From assembly GCA_951406725.2 (NCBI GenBank), contig OX597819.1, positions 106,888,001-106,952,000 on the forward strand: 64,000 nt of DNA, given 5' to 3'. The first letter of the stretch is position 1; each line of letters starts with the position of its first letter. Position numbers and translations under genes: made by a program. This document shows positions 26,992 through 41,317 of the stretch, piece by piece. A model generated the notes under the pieces. That model was not told the DNA's origin. It worked only from the letters and a program-made list of their open reading frames with translations, and ran no database searches. Origin of the DNA: Octopus vulgaris. Lineage: Eukaryota.

Positions 26992-29029
26992 TAATAATGC
27001 TAAAACGTGATTATAGTTAACTTTTCCAACTGTTGTTCTGTAGCTCAGGTATGGTAATACTACTTAGTATAATAGTTAATTAACAACAATGCAGCAAGCA
27101 GCCTAGATTATGAAAAACTACCTGGCAATGCAAACATCAAAGTAGTAGTCGTACATCTACTTGTACATATAAAGAATGAAAACGTTCGATAATATATTCT
27201 ATTAATTTTCTGACTAAAAATAAGGCAAATCCGCCAAGGATGGAAAGCATATATTCATTGATCTAGTCAGTTACAGCTAGTCTTACCTAATGACTTTCCT
27301 GATAGTGTCTAATGTCTTTCCTAATATTCTTTCCTAATAATTTTGTATCCATAGCAAAAACGTTCTTATCTAGTGCTAGAAAACACTTAAGCGTTGAAAA
27401 ACTGATTACGATCTACAAAGAACAGGTGAGGTTCACGATTAAATGATATAGCCATATTTGTATGGTGAACCTGATACACCAAAATTATTATAGTGTGCCT
27501 TTAATTGAAAACCACTCTTATGATTGGAACAATTTAATTACTCCCAAACAATCTATATTCTATCCAATCTATATTCTATCTATATTGCAGTTTTAAACCG
27601 TTTATATAGATTCTTAGCGGACTTCTCTTCTGCGAATGACCTCGTTACACACCAAATCAGCACAAGGTCATCTGTGACGTATGTTGCTTTTCCTCATGTT
27701 ACTTATTATGTCCTCATCTCTTCTTGACACTGCACTAATCAAATCTTTCGGTATTCACTTCTTAGAAGGCCAGTACACCAGAATTCACCTAAATGTGTCA
27801 TTAGAGATTATATTCACATTCATTTAAGTTTCTAAGCTATAGAAACAGTTCCTTTACAATGTTCTATTCTAAAATATTTATTTAGTTATTATTACTTCGA
27901 TACTCCCAGTTATCCTTGATCAAGTAGATATATAATTAAATGCCTTTTAGATATGGCCATCTCGTATTTAGGAACATTTTGACTTACATTACCCCGTATG
28001 TATGTGCCTTTTTTCTTTTCCTTCAGATGGCTGTGCTATTATGAGGGAAGACAAATTGATGAAATCTCGGTTATTGACAAATGTATGTCTTCTTTTTAAA
28101 TATTTGCTTTGTCTGGCACTCACCAGAATTTACCCATAGTTATTCCTCAGTTACATACACAACACCCCCTCAGTCATGCACATTCAGTCTTAGAACTGTG
28201 TTGAGGTTACCATATACGTGGAATACGCAACCACTTGCACGTTATTCATGGAACAATATATTCAGTTGTTTGAACAAGTGAATCTACATCAAAGAATAAC
28301 GGAGATCCACTATAATCCATTTAATCGATCTAAGTGAGTGACCGGTACTTCCTTCACTGGCCGTCTATTGAATGAATTAGAAAGTATCGTCGGTAAGATT
28401 TCAGCTCGGAATGTAATAATATGTAAGACAATAAGGTGTAGTATTATGTCTGCCGCTCTCCTGATTCGGCCAAAGGGAGATTTTGATAAATAAAGTATTA
28501 GAAGCAAAATAGCTGCATCCATACAGCATTTCTTTCGACAATTAGATTCTATGTGCCAAGTCACCAATTCGACGGAAATATTAATCAAACGAGACAGAAA
28601 ACCTTAGAAACCATTAGCAATATTAACAATATATGGCATTCAGGCGAATCTGACACCGTTAAGTATGCCATAGCAGCTAAATTAATAAATGCATGTAGTG
28701 GTATTGAAACGAAGACAGTGTTAACGTAAGTGCAGTACACAATATTCTTACTGGTGGAATATTCTCATTAGTGAAATTTTTAGCGAAATAGCAGCTGTTC
28801 GTTCATTCTTAATGAAACCTTACAATACGTTATTATTGCATATTATAAGCATCAACATTTACCAGCAAGTAACTAAGAATAGATTGTTACTAATAGGATT
28901 TTAGCATTTAGCTTTGAGAATAAATTTGAAATAAATAATATTGACTGATGTATTTGATAATAAAAAGACGAAACGAATAAAACATTGCAATTGAATGATT
29001 GCAACAGATGAATATTGAACAATACTAAG

Positions 29030-29420
29030 TTGATTTGGCATTCGATTTATATAAGATGGAAAAATATTCCAAATGCACTATACTGGATTTCCCATTAAGA
29101 TGTAAGCTAAATTCCTGTATGTGCACGCTGAAACAATTGTGGGAATACCATGGTAACGAACTAAGTAGAAAACCTTTGTTGGAGAATGGCATAATGCATC
29201 CTTCTGAGATGAACAATTTGAGAATAATGTCATTGAAATTGCTAGTTTTCCAGACTTCAGGAGGGATGTTATTCAATCCTGCAGCCTTTCGGTTTTGGTC
29301 TACCTCAGTACGACTCAAGCTGTTCCATTGAGAAAGGTCCCTGCTTGATATCCAGGACCTCCCTGTTATCCATAACGCAAATATCTCACTGACAATATTC
29401 TCAGACCATAACATGATAGA
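29030..29420 (-). mobile_element. RTE LINE fragment (same family as 23535-26795)
   Basis: Shares RSWISSRDLSQ and KAAGLNNIPPEVWKT..FNDIILK with 25330-25480 in the opposite orientation. Confidence 0.8.
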
Positions 29421-29559
29421 ATTGATAATGTATGGCCCGGAATTAACTAAAGATAAACTCCACGTAGATGGCGCTCAATCCCTATCCAGCCTAAACTTCA
29501 ATACGTTTGAGAGTTTGACTTGCCTAAGTGCCTCTCTATGCAAGGCATATATATGAAAC

Positions 29560-31440
29560 GCAATAAATTCATTTCAATAATGCGAGTTATATGTATTAAA
29601 TATGTCCCAGAAAAGGGAGCCAATACACACAAAATCATCATTCCCCGAAACAGGAGAATACTCATGCAGCGGAGAAGAAAGATCTCGAATCATTTAAACA
29701 AACACCTTAATGACAGTGTGAAATCCCACCTGACAGAGGAACTCCTCGAGATAGAAAGCAAATTCAAAATCTCCCATGAAAAAAAAGAGAAGAAAAAGAA
29801 ACCTGGGCAGTAGAAAATAGAAAAAGAAACAGTAAAGCCTTGGCAAAGGAATCTGCCTCAGTATGCTATAAGATACGTAGACTATTTGGTAAAAACGGCT
29901 CACTTATCAGAGACCCGGGGAAAATAAATGAAGCACTAAATAAACAATAACAAAGTGTTCTCACTTCTCGGGAAAATATGCAAATTAACAAGCCGAAGGA
30001 GTAATGAATCTATTCGGAAAAGAGGCAACCATTGATTACATCAATATAACAGAAGAGGATGTAATATCGGTCATTGATGAGATGAGATCAAACTCAGCAA
30101 CACGCGCAGGTGGATTACCGGCTGTTCTCTTAAAGACATTTTAAAAGGCTCTTAGAAAGCCCATGCAGATTCTCTTTCAGAGTTTCATTGCATGTGGTAA
30201 AATTCCCAACATACTAAAAGAGGATGTAATATACTCTGTCCATAAAGGATGGAGCAGAGCCGATGCTAAAAATTACAGGCCTGTCTCTCTGACCTCACAT
30301 GTTAGCAAGAGCATAGAAAGCATTCGTCAGAAAAGGGCTGATCACATTCCTAGAAGAATACAACCATCTCACTGAAGCAACAGCTAAACCAGTCAGCTTA
30401 GCCAAGGCCTTCGACAACGTTAATCATGGCATCATTTGTCACAAGCTGGGAAAGTCGCTGCATGATTTTCTGAAAGTCAGGAGTCAGACAGTTGTAGCCA
30501 TTCTGAAGAGACATCAATTCGCAGAGAGTCTCAGAGAAAGCTGTATTGGAGCCAATACTCTTTGTGGTGGCCCCCTCAGCCAATCTGACCAGTTATGCCG
30601 ACGACACAAAAGTATCGCAGGCATTCAGGAACCCAGAGGGCATCATAAAACTGCAGAAAGACCTGAACGAAATCTACAAATAGGCTAACAAAAACAACAT
30701 GGTTTTCCATGCCCTTAAATTGCAAGCACCCCAATATCGGTCCAACACCAGGCTAAAATAAGAATACACTGGACCAGAAGGTAATACGATCCCAGAGCCA
30801 GAGTTGGTGCGTGACCTGGGGGTTCACATGAGCAAAGATGCAACATTCCATCTGCATATTACCAAGATAGCAACACTGTGCAAGCGAGTGGCTGGATGGA
30901 TTCTGAAAACATTCAGATCCAGGGAAAGGGAAGCCCTGCTACTCTTGTGGCTGTGGAAGACTTTGATTCTCAGCTGCTTAGACTACTACTCCCAACTATG
31001 GTCCCTAGAAAGTGTGAAACAAACTGTGGAACTCGAAACAATCTAGCGCCAATACACATCGATGCAAAAGATGGGCTACTGGAGAGAAGACGAGAGACAT
31101 ATGCGGTGATATATATTTGGAAGATCTTGGAGGGTTTAGCTACCAATTTGGAACTGACTGCTATACAAATCCTCGAACTGGAGGGCACTGCATCATACCA
31201 AATAGCCCGTCTCCCATCTAAAATAAGGACACAGTATTGCAATAGTCTGGGTTTCAAGGGTTCGCAGTTTTTCAACATCCTTCCAGGAAACCTAAGACAT
31301 CTACATGGTGCTGATGGGGAAGTTTTGAAGGAACGTCTAGACAGGTTTCTATCTGAGATACCAGATGAACCCACATCGGGGCAGGAGACAAAAAGAAGAG
31401 CAGCTCGTTCAACTCGCTACTTCACCAAAAACAATATCGG
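29560..31440 (+). mobile_element. Degraded CR1/L2-group LINE
   Basis: HKGWSRADAKNYRPVSLTSH, KAFD, YADDTK, VRDLGVHMS, LDYYSQLWS, LERRRETY, LKERLDRFLSEIPDEP. Ends at (TA)n. Confidence 0.85.
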
Positions 31441-31480
31441 AAACAACACAGAAACCGGTAAAAATATATACGTGTATATT

Positions 31481-31561
<81 letters not shown>

Positions 31562-33342
31562 TTGTATGTACGCAAGTTTGTATGTATACATAACAATTTC
31601 ATATTTCTTAATTGCCCTGTATATTTACAAAGGATCATTTCACATTGGGCCTTAAACATTCTAATACTATAATAACAATAATATAGTATTACAGCGATAT
31701 AAACTAGTTTATGAATATTGTAATTTTCCTTACAAAATTAGATTTTATTGAGAAGGAAGTGCTCTCAAAGCTGACGTTACATCGTCATTGCCTGAGTGAA
31801 GACAACATTTGATATCGCGATATGTTCCGTTTTGATGTCATTGTTAAAATATTTGGCAGCTCACAAGTCAGAGTCAATGTTATTCACTGTAATCTAATGA
31901 GGTCAGCTATGAAAGTGAATATATATTCAAGCATTCACAGTGTAATGATTACATTGCACAATGGATGCTTAAATACCAACTTGGTTACATTTTAGAATTT
32001 ATTGAGTACTCAAGTGACACAGAAAGATATCTCCAGATGTTCTCCTCCTCAAATATAGAATATGTTTGCCCTGTATTCATAGCTTAACGATATCATTTAC
32101 TCTATTTTACAATTTCAAATGTGTAAACCAGGATCGGTTTTATTTTTCATCCTTTCAGAGTGGCTAAAACCAATTTGTATGGATGACAAAGATCTAATAC
32201 ATCAACGTTTTCCTCTTCTGAAATCTCTTGTCTTATGTTTATATAAATAGTTGTATCCTCTAAATTTGATGGAAATACCAGCCAAATTTCTTTAAAGTCT
32301 TACCCTACATTTTTATTTAAATGAAGAGAACATTGGACAATTCAGTGCTTTCACTATTTTTTACGCGTCTCAGTAGTCCTGATCAGATATAGACACACTT
32401 TCGTCCCTTCACTCTTTACCTATGGGAACATCGAGGATATGAGAAAACATTGCTCCAGTATTCGTCTGTTTCATAATTACAGCTCAAAATAGACGGGAAC
32501 AAAAAAGAAATGTATTGATTTCATTATAGGCTCAAGTGACTACCTTAAAATTGATCAACGAACTTATTACCCGGAGTCGAAGATTAAGCCACACGCTTCC
32601 AAGTCTCAGGAAGTATGAAACATTATTAAAAACGACTAATTGAAAGATATGCTAGAAATATGTGGATCTCCTAAATCTAATAAATTCGTTTCAATGCTAT
32701 ATTTCCCAGTACCGTGTACCTGTCAAAGGCTTCTAGAGACATGACGTTCTAATAATTGTTGTAATGATATCAAATTGGAAAAGATGACTTTCTTATGAAG
32801 CACTAACAATTCAATTTCAAAACTAAAAAGCTGATTTATGTTTGTGATGAAGATTAGAAAGCTTACGAGCATGAGGTAAACAATAAGAAATTGATCTATA
32901 GTTTAATAGTAAGACATTGATAAGTATTTGTCAAGAAACCCTATATATGTATGTACGGATGTCAGTTATATTTCAAGATTTCTTATTAATAGAGAAAGGG
33001 CCAGTTTCTAACGTAGATTCAGGGTATTTTGTATGTATGTATGTATGTATGTATGTATGTATGTATATATGTATGTATGTATTTAATTTTTATGCTCTAC
33101 AATGACTTGATTCCGAAACGTACGTCCGTAGGTAACTTAATATAGAATGATTTCAGTCATTTCTTTCTCTTTTGCCTGCGTCGTTTGTTTTTTAAGTGCT
33201 TTGGTTTTACTGGGATCCCCCTTTTAAGTAGAAATAATAGCCAAAACTTTTTGACTGCTATTTCTAAATTCGGTGTGTGGTGAGGCATATCGTTGCTGAA
33301 CCCTTAAGTAATTAATACATATATATATATAATTAAAATAAA

Positions 33343-33488
33343 CAACAAGAATAACGTCGGTAATTTGGGACGATCGTTTCACGCTACATTATTTTATTAA
33401 ATATTGTAACTGTTGTAATATTTACAATATTTAATAAAATGATGTAGCGTGAAACGATCATACCAAATTACCGAAATTATTCTTGTTG
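33343..33488. repeat. Imperfect ~67-bp-arm palindrome
   Basis: 33343-33409 vs 33422-33488 (GATCGTTTCACGCTACAT / ATGTAGCGTGAAACGATC). Confidence 0.8.
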
Positions 33489-34016
33489 CTTATTTTGATT
33501 ATAATCACCACATGGATTTATATGGATAACACCGGTATTTCGACTGTGTGTGTCACAAATCCGTATGTATGTATGTATTATATATGTAATTATGTATGTA
33601 TGTATGTATGTATGTATGCATGTATGTATACATGTATGTATAGTCAAACTAGGTTCTACAGGGAAGCTATTTGTGGTAACAAGCAATTCAATGAGATATA
33701 GTGCGCAATCTCTGCAACCACAGTAAGGCATTACTGAGGTGGTTGATTTACACTATGTAAAAACCTATGGTGGGTGGGGGGGGGGGGTAAAATCTCACTA
33801 CTTACCTCCCAAAATAAGGAAATAAGGGCCTAGATACATATAATACAGTTCAAGGAAAAAATTCTATTCCTCAAGCTACCAGGACTTGAAGAATAGAGGT
33901 GAGAATTATATAAGAGAAATATATAATAATACATTTATAATAATAAAGGGTAAAAATTATTAATGATTTTCACCAGGTGGTCAGCGTCGAAATAAAAACC
34001 TCATAAGTAAAATTTA

Positions 34017-34407
34017 CAAATATTTTATAATTATATACATAATTATAACAAGGGCTTGACTTGCGCCTCACCACGCACTGAAAAAATAGACGTCAAATGA
34101 CACTATTACTACCATAAATTCCCCGAGAATAACACACCACATAATAGGCTAGCAAAAGAAAAGAAAATGAATTAAAATTTTCGGTTAACCGCGTACAAGA
34201 TCCTGTTTCCAGCTTAAAGTAAAAAAAATATTACCTATTGCTTTCAACTGGAAACAAGGTCTTGTACGCTGTTAACCGTTATGTGGTGTGCAATTTTCGG
34301 AGAATTTATGATGGTAATAGTGTCTTTTGACGTCTATTTTTCAGTGCGTGGTGGGGAGCAGGCCAATCACTTGTTATAATTATGTATATAATTATAAAAT
34401 ATTTATA
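34017..34407. mobile_element. ~390-bp foldback (MITE-like or inverted pLTR) element
   Basis: Left half (ATAATTATATACATAATTATAACAAG..CACCACGCACTGAAAAAATAGACGTCAAA..GCGTACAAGA..TGTTTCCAG) is the reverse complement of the right half. Confidence 0.8.
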
Positions 34408-34619
34408 ATCATACACTTATATAATTGTAATTATATAAAAGCGAAAGTGCGAGAGGAGGACTGAAATAATGAAAGGGAAAGAAAGGAAACTGTAGATACG
34501 TCAAATACTATGAAAATATAACGTACGATGTAAAATAATGGCGTGGATTTTAGAACTATAAGCTGGATAAAGTATAGTATGAGAAAAAGTGAATGAAAAA
34601 AAGCGCGTGTGGATTAACC

Positions 34620-35225
34620 CAATAGAAGCGGCAGGTTTCAAGAACGAATGTAAAATGAGAAAACATATATATATATATGAGTATATATGTGTGAGTGTGT
34701 GCGTGTGAAAGAGTGTATGTAACGTCTTTCTATTCGAACAGAAGCTACACACTATTCCTTATTTCGTGCAAGAAAATCTCATTTATTTTTTCCTACCTAG
34801 TGGAATGATTACACTCAGTTTATTTTGTCGTTCAATTGTGTTACAGGTATCTTTTCCTTTAATTTCGCAATTTCACTCAGATTTTCTTGTCTGGTGTGTT
34901 CTAATAGTCTTTGTAATGCTCACTATCTCAGTGACGTTTATCAATGTTGGCACATCCAGTGGATAGTTCAATGAGATTTAATTCTCGGAACTCAAGCTGT
35001 TAGAAACTACGCTGATTCCGGTTCCAATAGCTAACGAGCGGTGTTCCATGTCAAGTTGTCTTTATACGTTAATCCTTTCTCCATTTCGTCTCACATTCTC
35101 TTGAGTACATTGTTTCTCTCTTCTTGCTATCTAAATATTTCTTCATTTTCTCTTGCCTTCTTTTTCTTTCCCTTTTCTATGTTTTCTCATTTTACATTCG
35201 TTCTTGAAACCTGCCGCTTCTATTG
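34620..35225. repeat. Perfect 48-bp inverted repeats flanking ~510 bp
   Basis: CAATAGAAGCGGCAGGTTTCAAGAACGAATGTAAAATGAGAAAACATA (34620-34667) is the reverse complement of 35178-35225. Confidence 0.85.
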
Positions 35226-35277
35226 TATGAATGTATGCATGCATGCATGTATGTAAGTATGTATGAATGTATTTATG

Positions 35278-35327
<50 letters not shown>

Positions 35328-36503
35328 CATACATAAATACATTCATACATACTTACATACATGCATGCATGCATACATTCATACATACATACATACATAT
35401 ATACATACATGTATACTTACATACACTCATACATACGTACATACATCTGGACATGACGACTTACTTTATGACTTCCGTTAAATAGATTTTTTTAATATAA
35501 TCCCAGCTTCACATAAATCAACTGCCGCAAACAGCTAAGTAGCCTTCAGTATTTTACATCTGCTCTGATAATCCAATTTGAAATTTCCATTCGTTCAGTC
35601 TTTTCCTTATTAAATACAGTCGATCAGTGTCTATCGCTAGATAATATATCCCCAATGCTAAATGCGATGTAATCTATGTAGTTCCTCACATGGTATCTGC
35701 TGTCATTTGTTTGCGGTATAGATGCTGTTATGGTATAAATTGCTAAAATTTAGAAACGTTGTCGTCTCACTCCAGGTAAATCCAAATTCAAAGTAAGTAT
35801 CATAACCTGTCAAAATTAATTTATTTTCAAAAAATACCTAATACGTATCAAATTGCCTCTCAAGTTGGTCCATATAGCTTGTCATGTGTTCGTGTACACC
35901 GTGATTGCTTAAGAAAATTTAATTTAGTTGTACATGAGTATTTTTTATTCATAACTTTCTTAAGTGTTTTTAAGAGTATGCAATGAAAAACGGCCATTTA
36001 AAAATAACCACAATATACAGGAAACAATGAAACTAGAAAGCTTCGATATCAGTAAAAATGATATAGCGAAATTAGGATAATTTGCACAAAACTGTGAGTG
36101 GAACATTGAAGTTTGATCGGGTGAAACCAGAACTTCAAGAATAAAGAAATATTTCTTCTCCAGAATTGGTGAATTTTGGAAGAATATATCAGGATTGTGA
36201 TGCTTTACATAAGTAGACTGAATGATCACTCAATATTTGGGAACCAAGGAGTTAAAGCTTTAAATATATTAGTAAAACAATATTTATATATATATATGTA
36301 TGTATATATACCAGAGTAAGCACATAAATGCAAAACAAGGTGAAAAAAATAGTACTCGAATACGAAAGTAATATGCTCTATCAAAAAGCACAAAAAATAT
36401 CACAAAAATTCTTAGTCAGAGTTTCACGGTCCTGTTCGTCGCACACACTAGCTTTTTACGTGATATTTGTGTTACTATTTAATAAAGTATATATATATAT
36501 ATA

Positions 36504-37370
36504 AACAGGGTGCGGTGAATAAATTATCGTCTAAATTACACAAAATTTTAAAAGAACACTAACATCTCATTTTAACAGATATATTTACCAAAGTTACATT
36601 AAAATATCTTGAAATACTAAAGAATACATTTATTCAATAAAATTGCCATAGGCTTCATCCACAGCCTACAGACGATTTCGGAATCTCCTGCAACTTTTCT
36701 GGATGGTCTCCTTGTTTAGGTTGGTGAATGCTGCCTTCAGTTCATCTTTGGTGTTACAAGGAATTTTGTTGGTCTCTCGCCTACCTGCGCCGCACACATA
36801 ATAATAAAGGGAATTTGCAGTCTTGGGAGTTAGGTGGCCAGATGTTAGGCGTGATGTGATCGCAGAAATTGTTTGACAGCCATGACTGGAGTCACTTGCT
36901 TTTGTGGCTTGGTACAGAGTCCTGTTGCCAGACATAGGGTCTTCCAACAGTTGAGTCTGAGACCGTGTGGGAAGATGAATGGAGGCATAACAGTATCACC
37001 ACTAGTGTTCACTCTGAACATCATAATGTTGACTAGATTTTTGATATTTATAATCTCAGATTTTTATCATTCCTCAGAGTAACACCCAAATATTCTGAAA
37101 TATTCATATTGGAGCTCCGGCACGAATGCACAACAGCAAAGCATGTCGTTTCCAAATTTCTGGCAGAGTGACTTGCGTCATGGCGGTTTTTTTCTCACAG
37201 ACGGTACCCAAAACGAAGACATTTGAAATATACCCCCGAATATAATTGATAGAACTGTATGCATGTTATTTATCGGGAGGACATCATGTGTATAGTTCTG
37301 TAAATTATATTTTCTATGACAGTCACACTGAGGATCTGCAGACATTTACGCAATGTAAATGGTAACAATG
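36504..37370 (-). mobile_element. Degraded IS630/Tc1/mariner transposon
   Basis: TIR-like CAGGGTGCGGTGAATAAATT after (TA)n. Minus-strand transposase remnants: WPPNS..C..LYYYVCG, PCNTKDELKAAFTNLNKETIQKSCRRFRNRL. Confidence 0.75.
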
Positions 37371-37552
37371 AAACCATGGTATGTGACTAATCACTTAATT
37401 TTGTATCTTTTCATTTGTCTTGCTCACTTAGAATTCTCGCGATTTGCTGAATTTTCTTAAAAACAATTTTCTTAGTGGTCAGACCATATGTGGTCGACAT
37501 CTAGCATATAGGAATCCACCTAGTGGCCATTCCTCTTATATGCATGTAATAT

Positions 37553-37593
<41 letters not shown>

Positions 37594-37712
37594 TGCCTGT
37601 GTGTCTGCGCGTGAGCACGTGTATGTGCGCTTGTGTCTGTGTGTTTGCACGTGTGTGTTTGCGTGTATATATGCGTATATATACACATGTAAGTGTATAT
37701 ATATATATATAT

Positions 37713-37749
<37 letters not shown>

Positions 37750-37794
37750 ATTTTTGAAATGATATACAGATATTGTATATTCTTTTCTACTCTA

Positions 37795-37980
37795 AGCACC
37801 AGGCCCTAAAAAAAATTTGGAGAGGCTGCCAGTCGCTTCTATCGACACCTATTACGTAACTGGTACTTAATTTATCGATCCCGAAATGATGAAAGGTAAA
37901 GCCAACCTCGAGGAAAGTTGAACACAGAGCATAGAGGCAGACGATATACCGCGTGCTAACGTTTCTGCCAGCTCGCAGAA
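37795..37980 (-). mobile_element. SINE family A
   Basis: Reverse complement of GCGAGCTGGCAGAAACGTTAGCACG...TTTCATCATTTCGGGATCGATAAATTAAGTACCAG. Confidence 0.85.
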
Positions 37981-38084
37981 TAGAAATATTTATTTATTTA
38001 ATTTATTTATTATATAATTTATTATATATATTTTATTATTTATTTAATTTTAGATTTTATAGTTTGCTTGAAGCATTGTACATG

Positions 38085-39480
38085 GAATATAATGCTGAAA
38101 GATTTTAAAGGCCAAACAATGCAAATAGATTTTAAGATGAGGTAACGTAAAATAAAACTGATGAAGTGATGATAAGCATATCATCTATGTATCTAATGAA
38201 GAAAACACAAGAGTGACAGCAGCTGAGTGCTCGACGTTCTAGAAACATAATGATATACTTATCATCACTTCATCACGCGAAGAGGCCGACAAAATATCCA
38301 CGACATTCTCAAGAATAGATAGTAACATAAGATTTATCACGGAACACTCCGATAAAGATGGTACTTTATCTCTACTAGACTTCCAACTTAAAATAACAAA
38401 CGGAGGTAATATATACACCAACTTCTATCAGAAAGCTGCCAGAAGAGAACTGTTTGCGAATTATAGGTCAGCCCTACCCCTCGGTGCTAAAACAAGATAC
38501 TAAGAAATGAACTAGCACGCCTCAAGAATAAATGTAGCAAAGTTGAGGACCAGAGTACTCACACTGCACACTTCACAGATATACTGAGGCTGAATGGATA
38601 CCCAACATCCACAATAAACTGAATTAAAAATCAAAAGCGCCGCAGACATAAGTCCTTCTGTAACACCTGCTTTATGAAATTACCACATTTCAATGAAAGC
38701 ATAACCACAGCAATTCGTAGAGTCATGTTCAACGAAGAACTAGACATATAATTATCACACTCCGTCCCCTCACTGCGCGGATACCTGAATAAAAAGCAAT
38801 CTAGAGACAGCAATCAATGCTCATTAACTCACTGTCCCATCCACGATACAGGTATGTGCCAGCGGACACATGTAGTATACCGAATAGAATACAACAAATG
38901 TAAGGCGTTTTATATAGGCAGCACAACTCGAACTTTGCATACTTCCATTAAGGAGCATCTCAACACACGCGCATCCTCATTCAAAAAACACATTGATAAA
39001 TGTAAAAGTGCCAACAAACAAATAAATATTACTATTGAAGCCAATGATAGAAATCTCAGCAGCTTAAGAATTAAGGAAGCTTTGATTATATATTAATTAA
39101 GCCCACAAATAAATAATAGATTGGAGCTAGGCACGCAATACATAACATCACACACACACACAGAGGCACATTTGCTACATATTAGAAAAGAGGTGATGAA
39201 AATTGATTTGTTGAGCGATAAGTTAATAATTGACGTCACTAACATTCACGAAGAAGAGAAACACTTGAAAATTCAAATATTATCATAGAATTATTTTATC
39301 TCCGACAAAAAAACATCTTACCAAGCACAGTTCCTTTTTAACCCTGAAGAAGGGACTTGTATATCCCGAAATATTGGATACATATAAGACCAAAGATTAC
39401 CATGTAACTTACTTTTAGTTTACGTTACCTCATCTTAAAATTTATTTGCCTTGTTTGGCCTTTAAAATCTTTCAACAATA
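38085..39480 (+). mobile_element. 5'-truncated Penelope-like element with inverted partial pLTR and hammerhead
   Basis: RT thumb remnants (LSLLDFQL..NFYQK, LRLNGYP) and GIY-YIG ORF 38854..39096 (VVYRIEYNKCKAFYIGSTTRTLHTSIKEH..IKEALII, P.IN). ~38090-38150 is the reverse complement of ~39415-39475. Confidence 0.88.
39339..39380 (+). ncRNA. Minimal PLE hammerhead motif
   Basis: TAACC-CTGAAGA-A-GGGA-cttgtata-TCCC-GAAA-TA-T-T-GGATA, located in the 3' pLTR of the PLE. Confidence 0.7.
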
Positions 39481-39494
39481 TATTTATTTATTTC

Positions 39495-39865
39495 CTTATT
39501 GCCCACTGGGGACTAAACATAGAGGGGACAAACAAGGACAGACAAACGGATTAAGTCGTTTATATCGACCCCAATGCGTAACTGGTACTTATTTAATCGA
39601 CCCCGAAAGGATGAAAGGCAAAGTTGACCTCGGCGGAATATGAACTCAGAACGTAGCAGCAGACGAAATACTTATTTCTTTACTACCCACAAGGGGCTAA
39701 ACACAGAGGGGACAAACAAGGACAAACAAACGGATTAAGTCGATTATATCGACCCCAGTGCGTAACTGATACTTATTTAATGAACCCCGTCAGGATGAAA
39801 GGCAAAGTCGACCTCGGCGGAATTTAAACTCACAACGTAACGGCAGACGAAATACCGCTAAGAAT
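39495..39865 (-). mobile_element. SINE family A with internal tandem duplication
   Basis: Two consecutive units of ACAAACAAGGAC..AAACGGATTAAGTCG..CGACCCCA..GGATGAAAGGCAAAGT.GACCTCGGCGGAAT. Confidence 0.85.
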
Positions 39866-39926
39866 TTCAGAATAGAAATATTTAGAATGAAAACGTAGTT
39901 ATGTAGCCTGACTACCTTATTATTCG

Positions 39927-39961
<35 letters not shown>

Positions 39962-40024
39962 TGCAAATGCATGCACAAGTATGTACATGCATGTATACAT
40001 GTTTGAAAACTGATTCACCAAGAC

Positions 40025-40071
<47 letters not shown>

Positions 40072-40824
40072 CTAAACGACGATTTTATTCACGCATTCAC
40101 ACATGTTGTTGGCATTATTCTACTTAGGAACAAGCAAATAGGCATTCGTCAACCTTAGGCTATGTTACATGACACTTGACTTGGATGCCACGCATCTGAG
40201 AACCGGAAACACGTGGTTATCAAACGAACTTTTTCGCCACAAGAGTGTCTTAATTTAAATTCTAATTACATTCTTAAACTAAATAATTAATTTCATACAA
40301 AGGAAATAAATATCTCTTTCATCATTACATGGAGCTAATTACAATTATTTCCTCATATTATCCCCGATTTTGTCTTTGCCCACTTTTTCATAATATTCTT
40401 TCTGTTATCTTTTCAATATTGTTTTCAGCAAATGAAAAAGTAAGATTAATTAGATAGGTGTTCTTTTAATTTTTTTTTACACCGTGTTACTTCGTGTCCA
40501 ATTTTACTTACATTGAAGAAGCTGTAATATATGAATATGTTGCCAGTAATTACACGGGATTTTATCATTCTTTTTATATTTAGTTAATTCTATTTTCTTG
40601 CATATTCTCATTAAATTTAAGATTCTTCCTATTCGTTACTTCAGCCGAAAGACTGACACACGTTTCAAAACCTATATTTCTCGTTCTGCGATTCTTATTG
40701 ATATATGTCGATATAATTTCATTAAACTTAACATTCTTTAACCTAGTTATAAAATACATAATTGTAGCGAATATGTGTGTGTGAGTGTGTGTATCGATAT
40801 ATATATATATATATACTTACATAC

Positions 40825-40855
<31 letters not shown>

Positions 40856-40916
40856 TATAAATATATATATATCTATGTATATATATACATATACATATAT
40901 ATGTATATCTATGTAT

Positions 40917-40980
<64 letters not shown>

Positions 40981-40989
40981 ATATATATA

Positions 40990-41044
<55 letters not shown>

Positions 41045-41232
41045 CAAGAGAGAGAGAGAGAATTACAGAAACTGAGAGAAAGTTTTCAATTTTGTTCAAA
41101 AAATTCTTCATGTGAAAGAACCTCCCCAAATATAACTGCATTTAGATAGCATATCCCGATAAAAGCATATACGTACACAACTCTAAATATACACATACTT
41201 AGTAATACATATCTATATACGTGCGGGTGTGT

Positions 41233-41234
<2 letters not shown>

Positions 41235-41316
<82 letters not shown>
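41235..41316. repeat. (AGAT)n microsatellite
   Basis: Direct reading. Confidence 0.95.

Positions 41317-41317
<1 letters not shown>

Noticed and set aside
31700-32900. Possible ancient hAT transposase remnant (also 51900-54100)
   Set aside because: Only faint motif resemblance and no ORF or TIR. Needs a translated search.
36410-36450. Minus-strand GCGACGA..GAAACTCTGACTA hammerhead-like remnant; similar partial motifs at ~33110, ~46240, ~47646 and ~57160
   Set aside because: Core or stems are too damaged or truncated to list as separate ribozymes.
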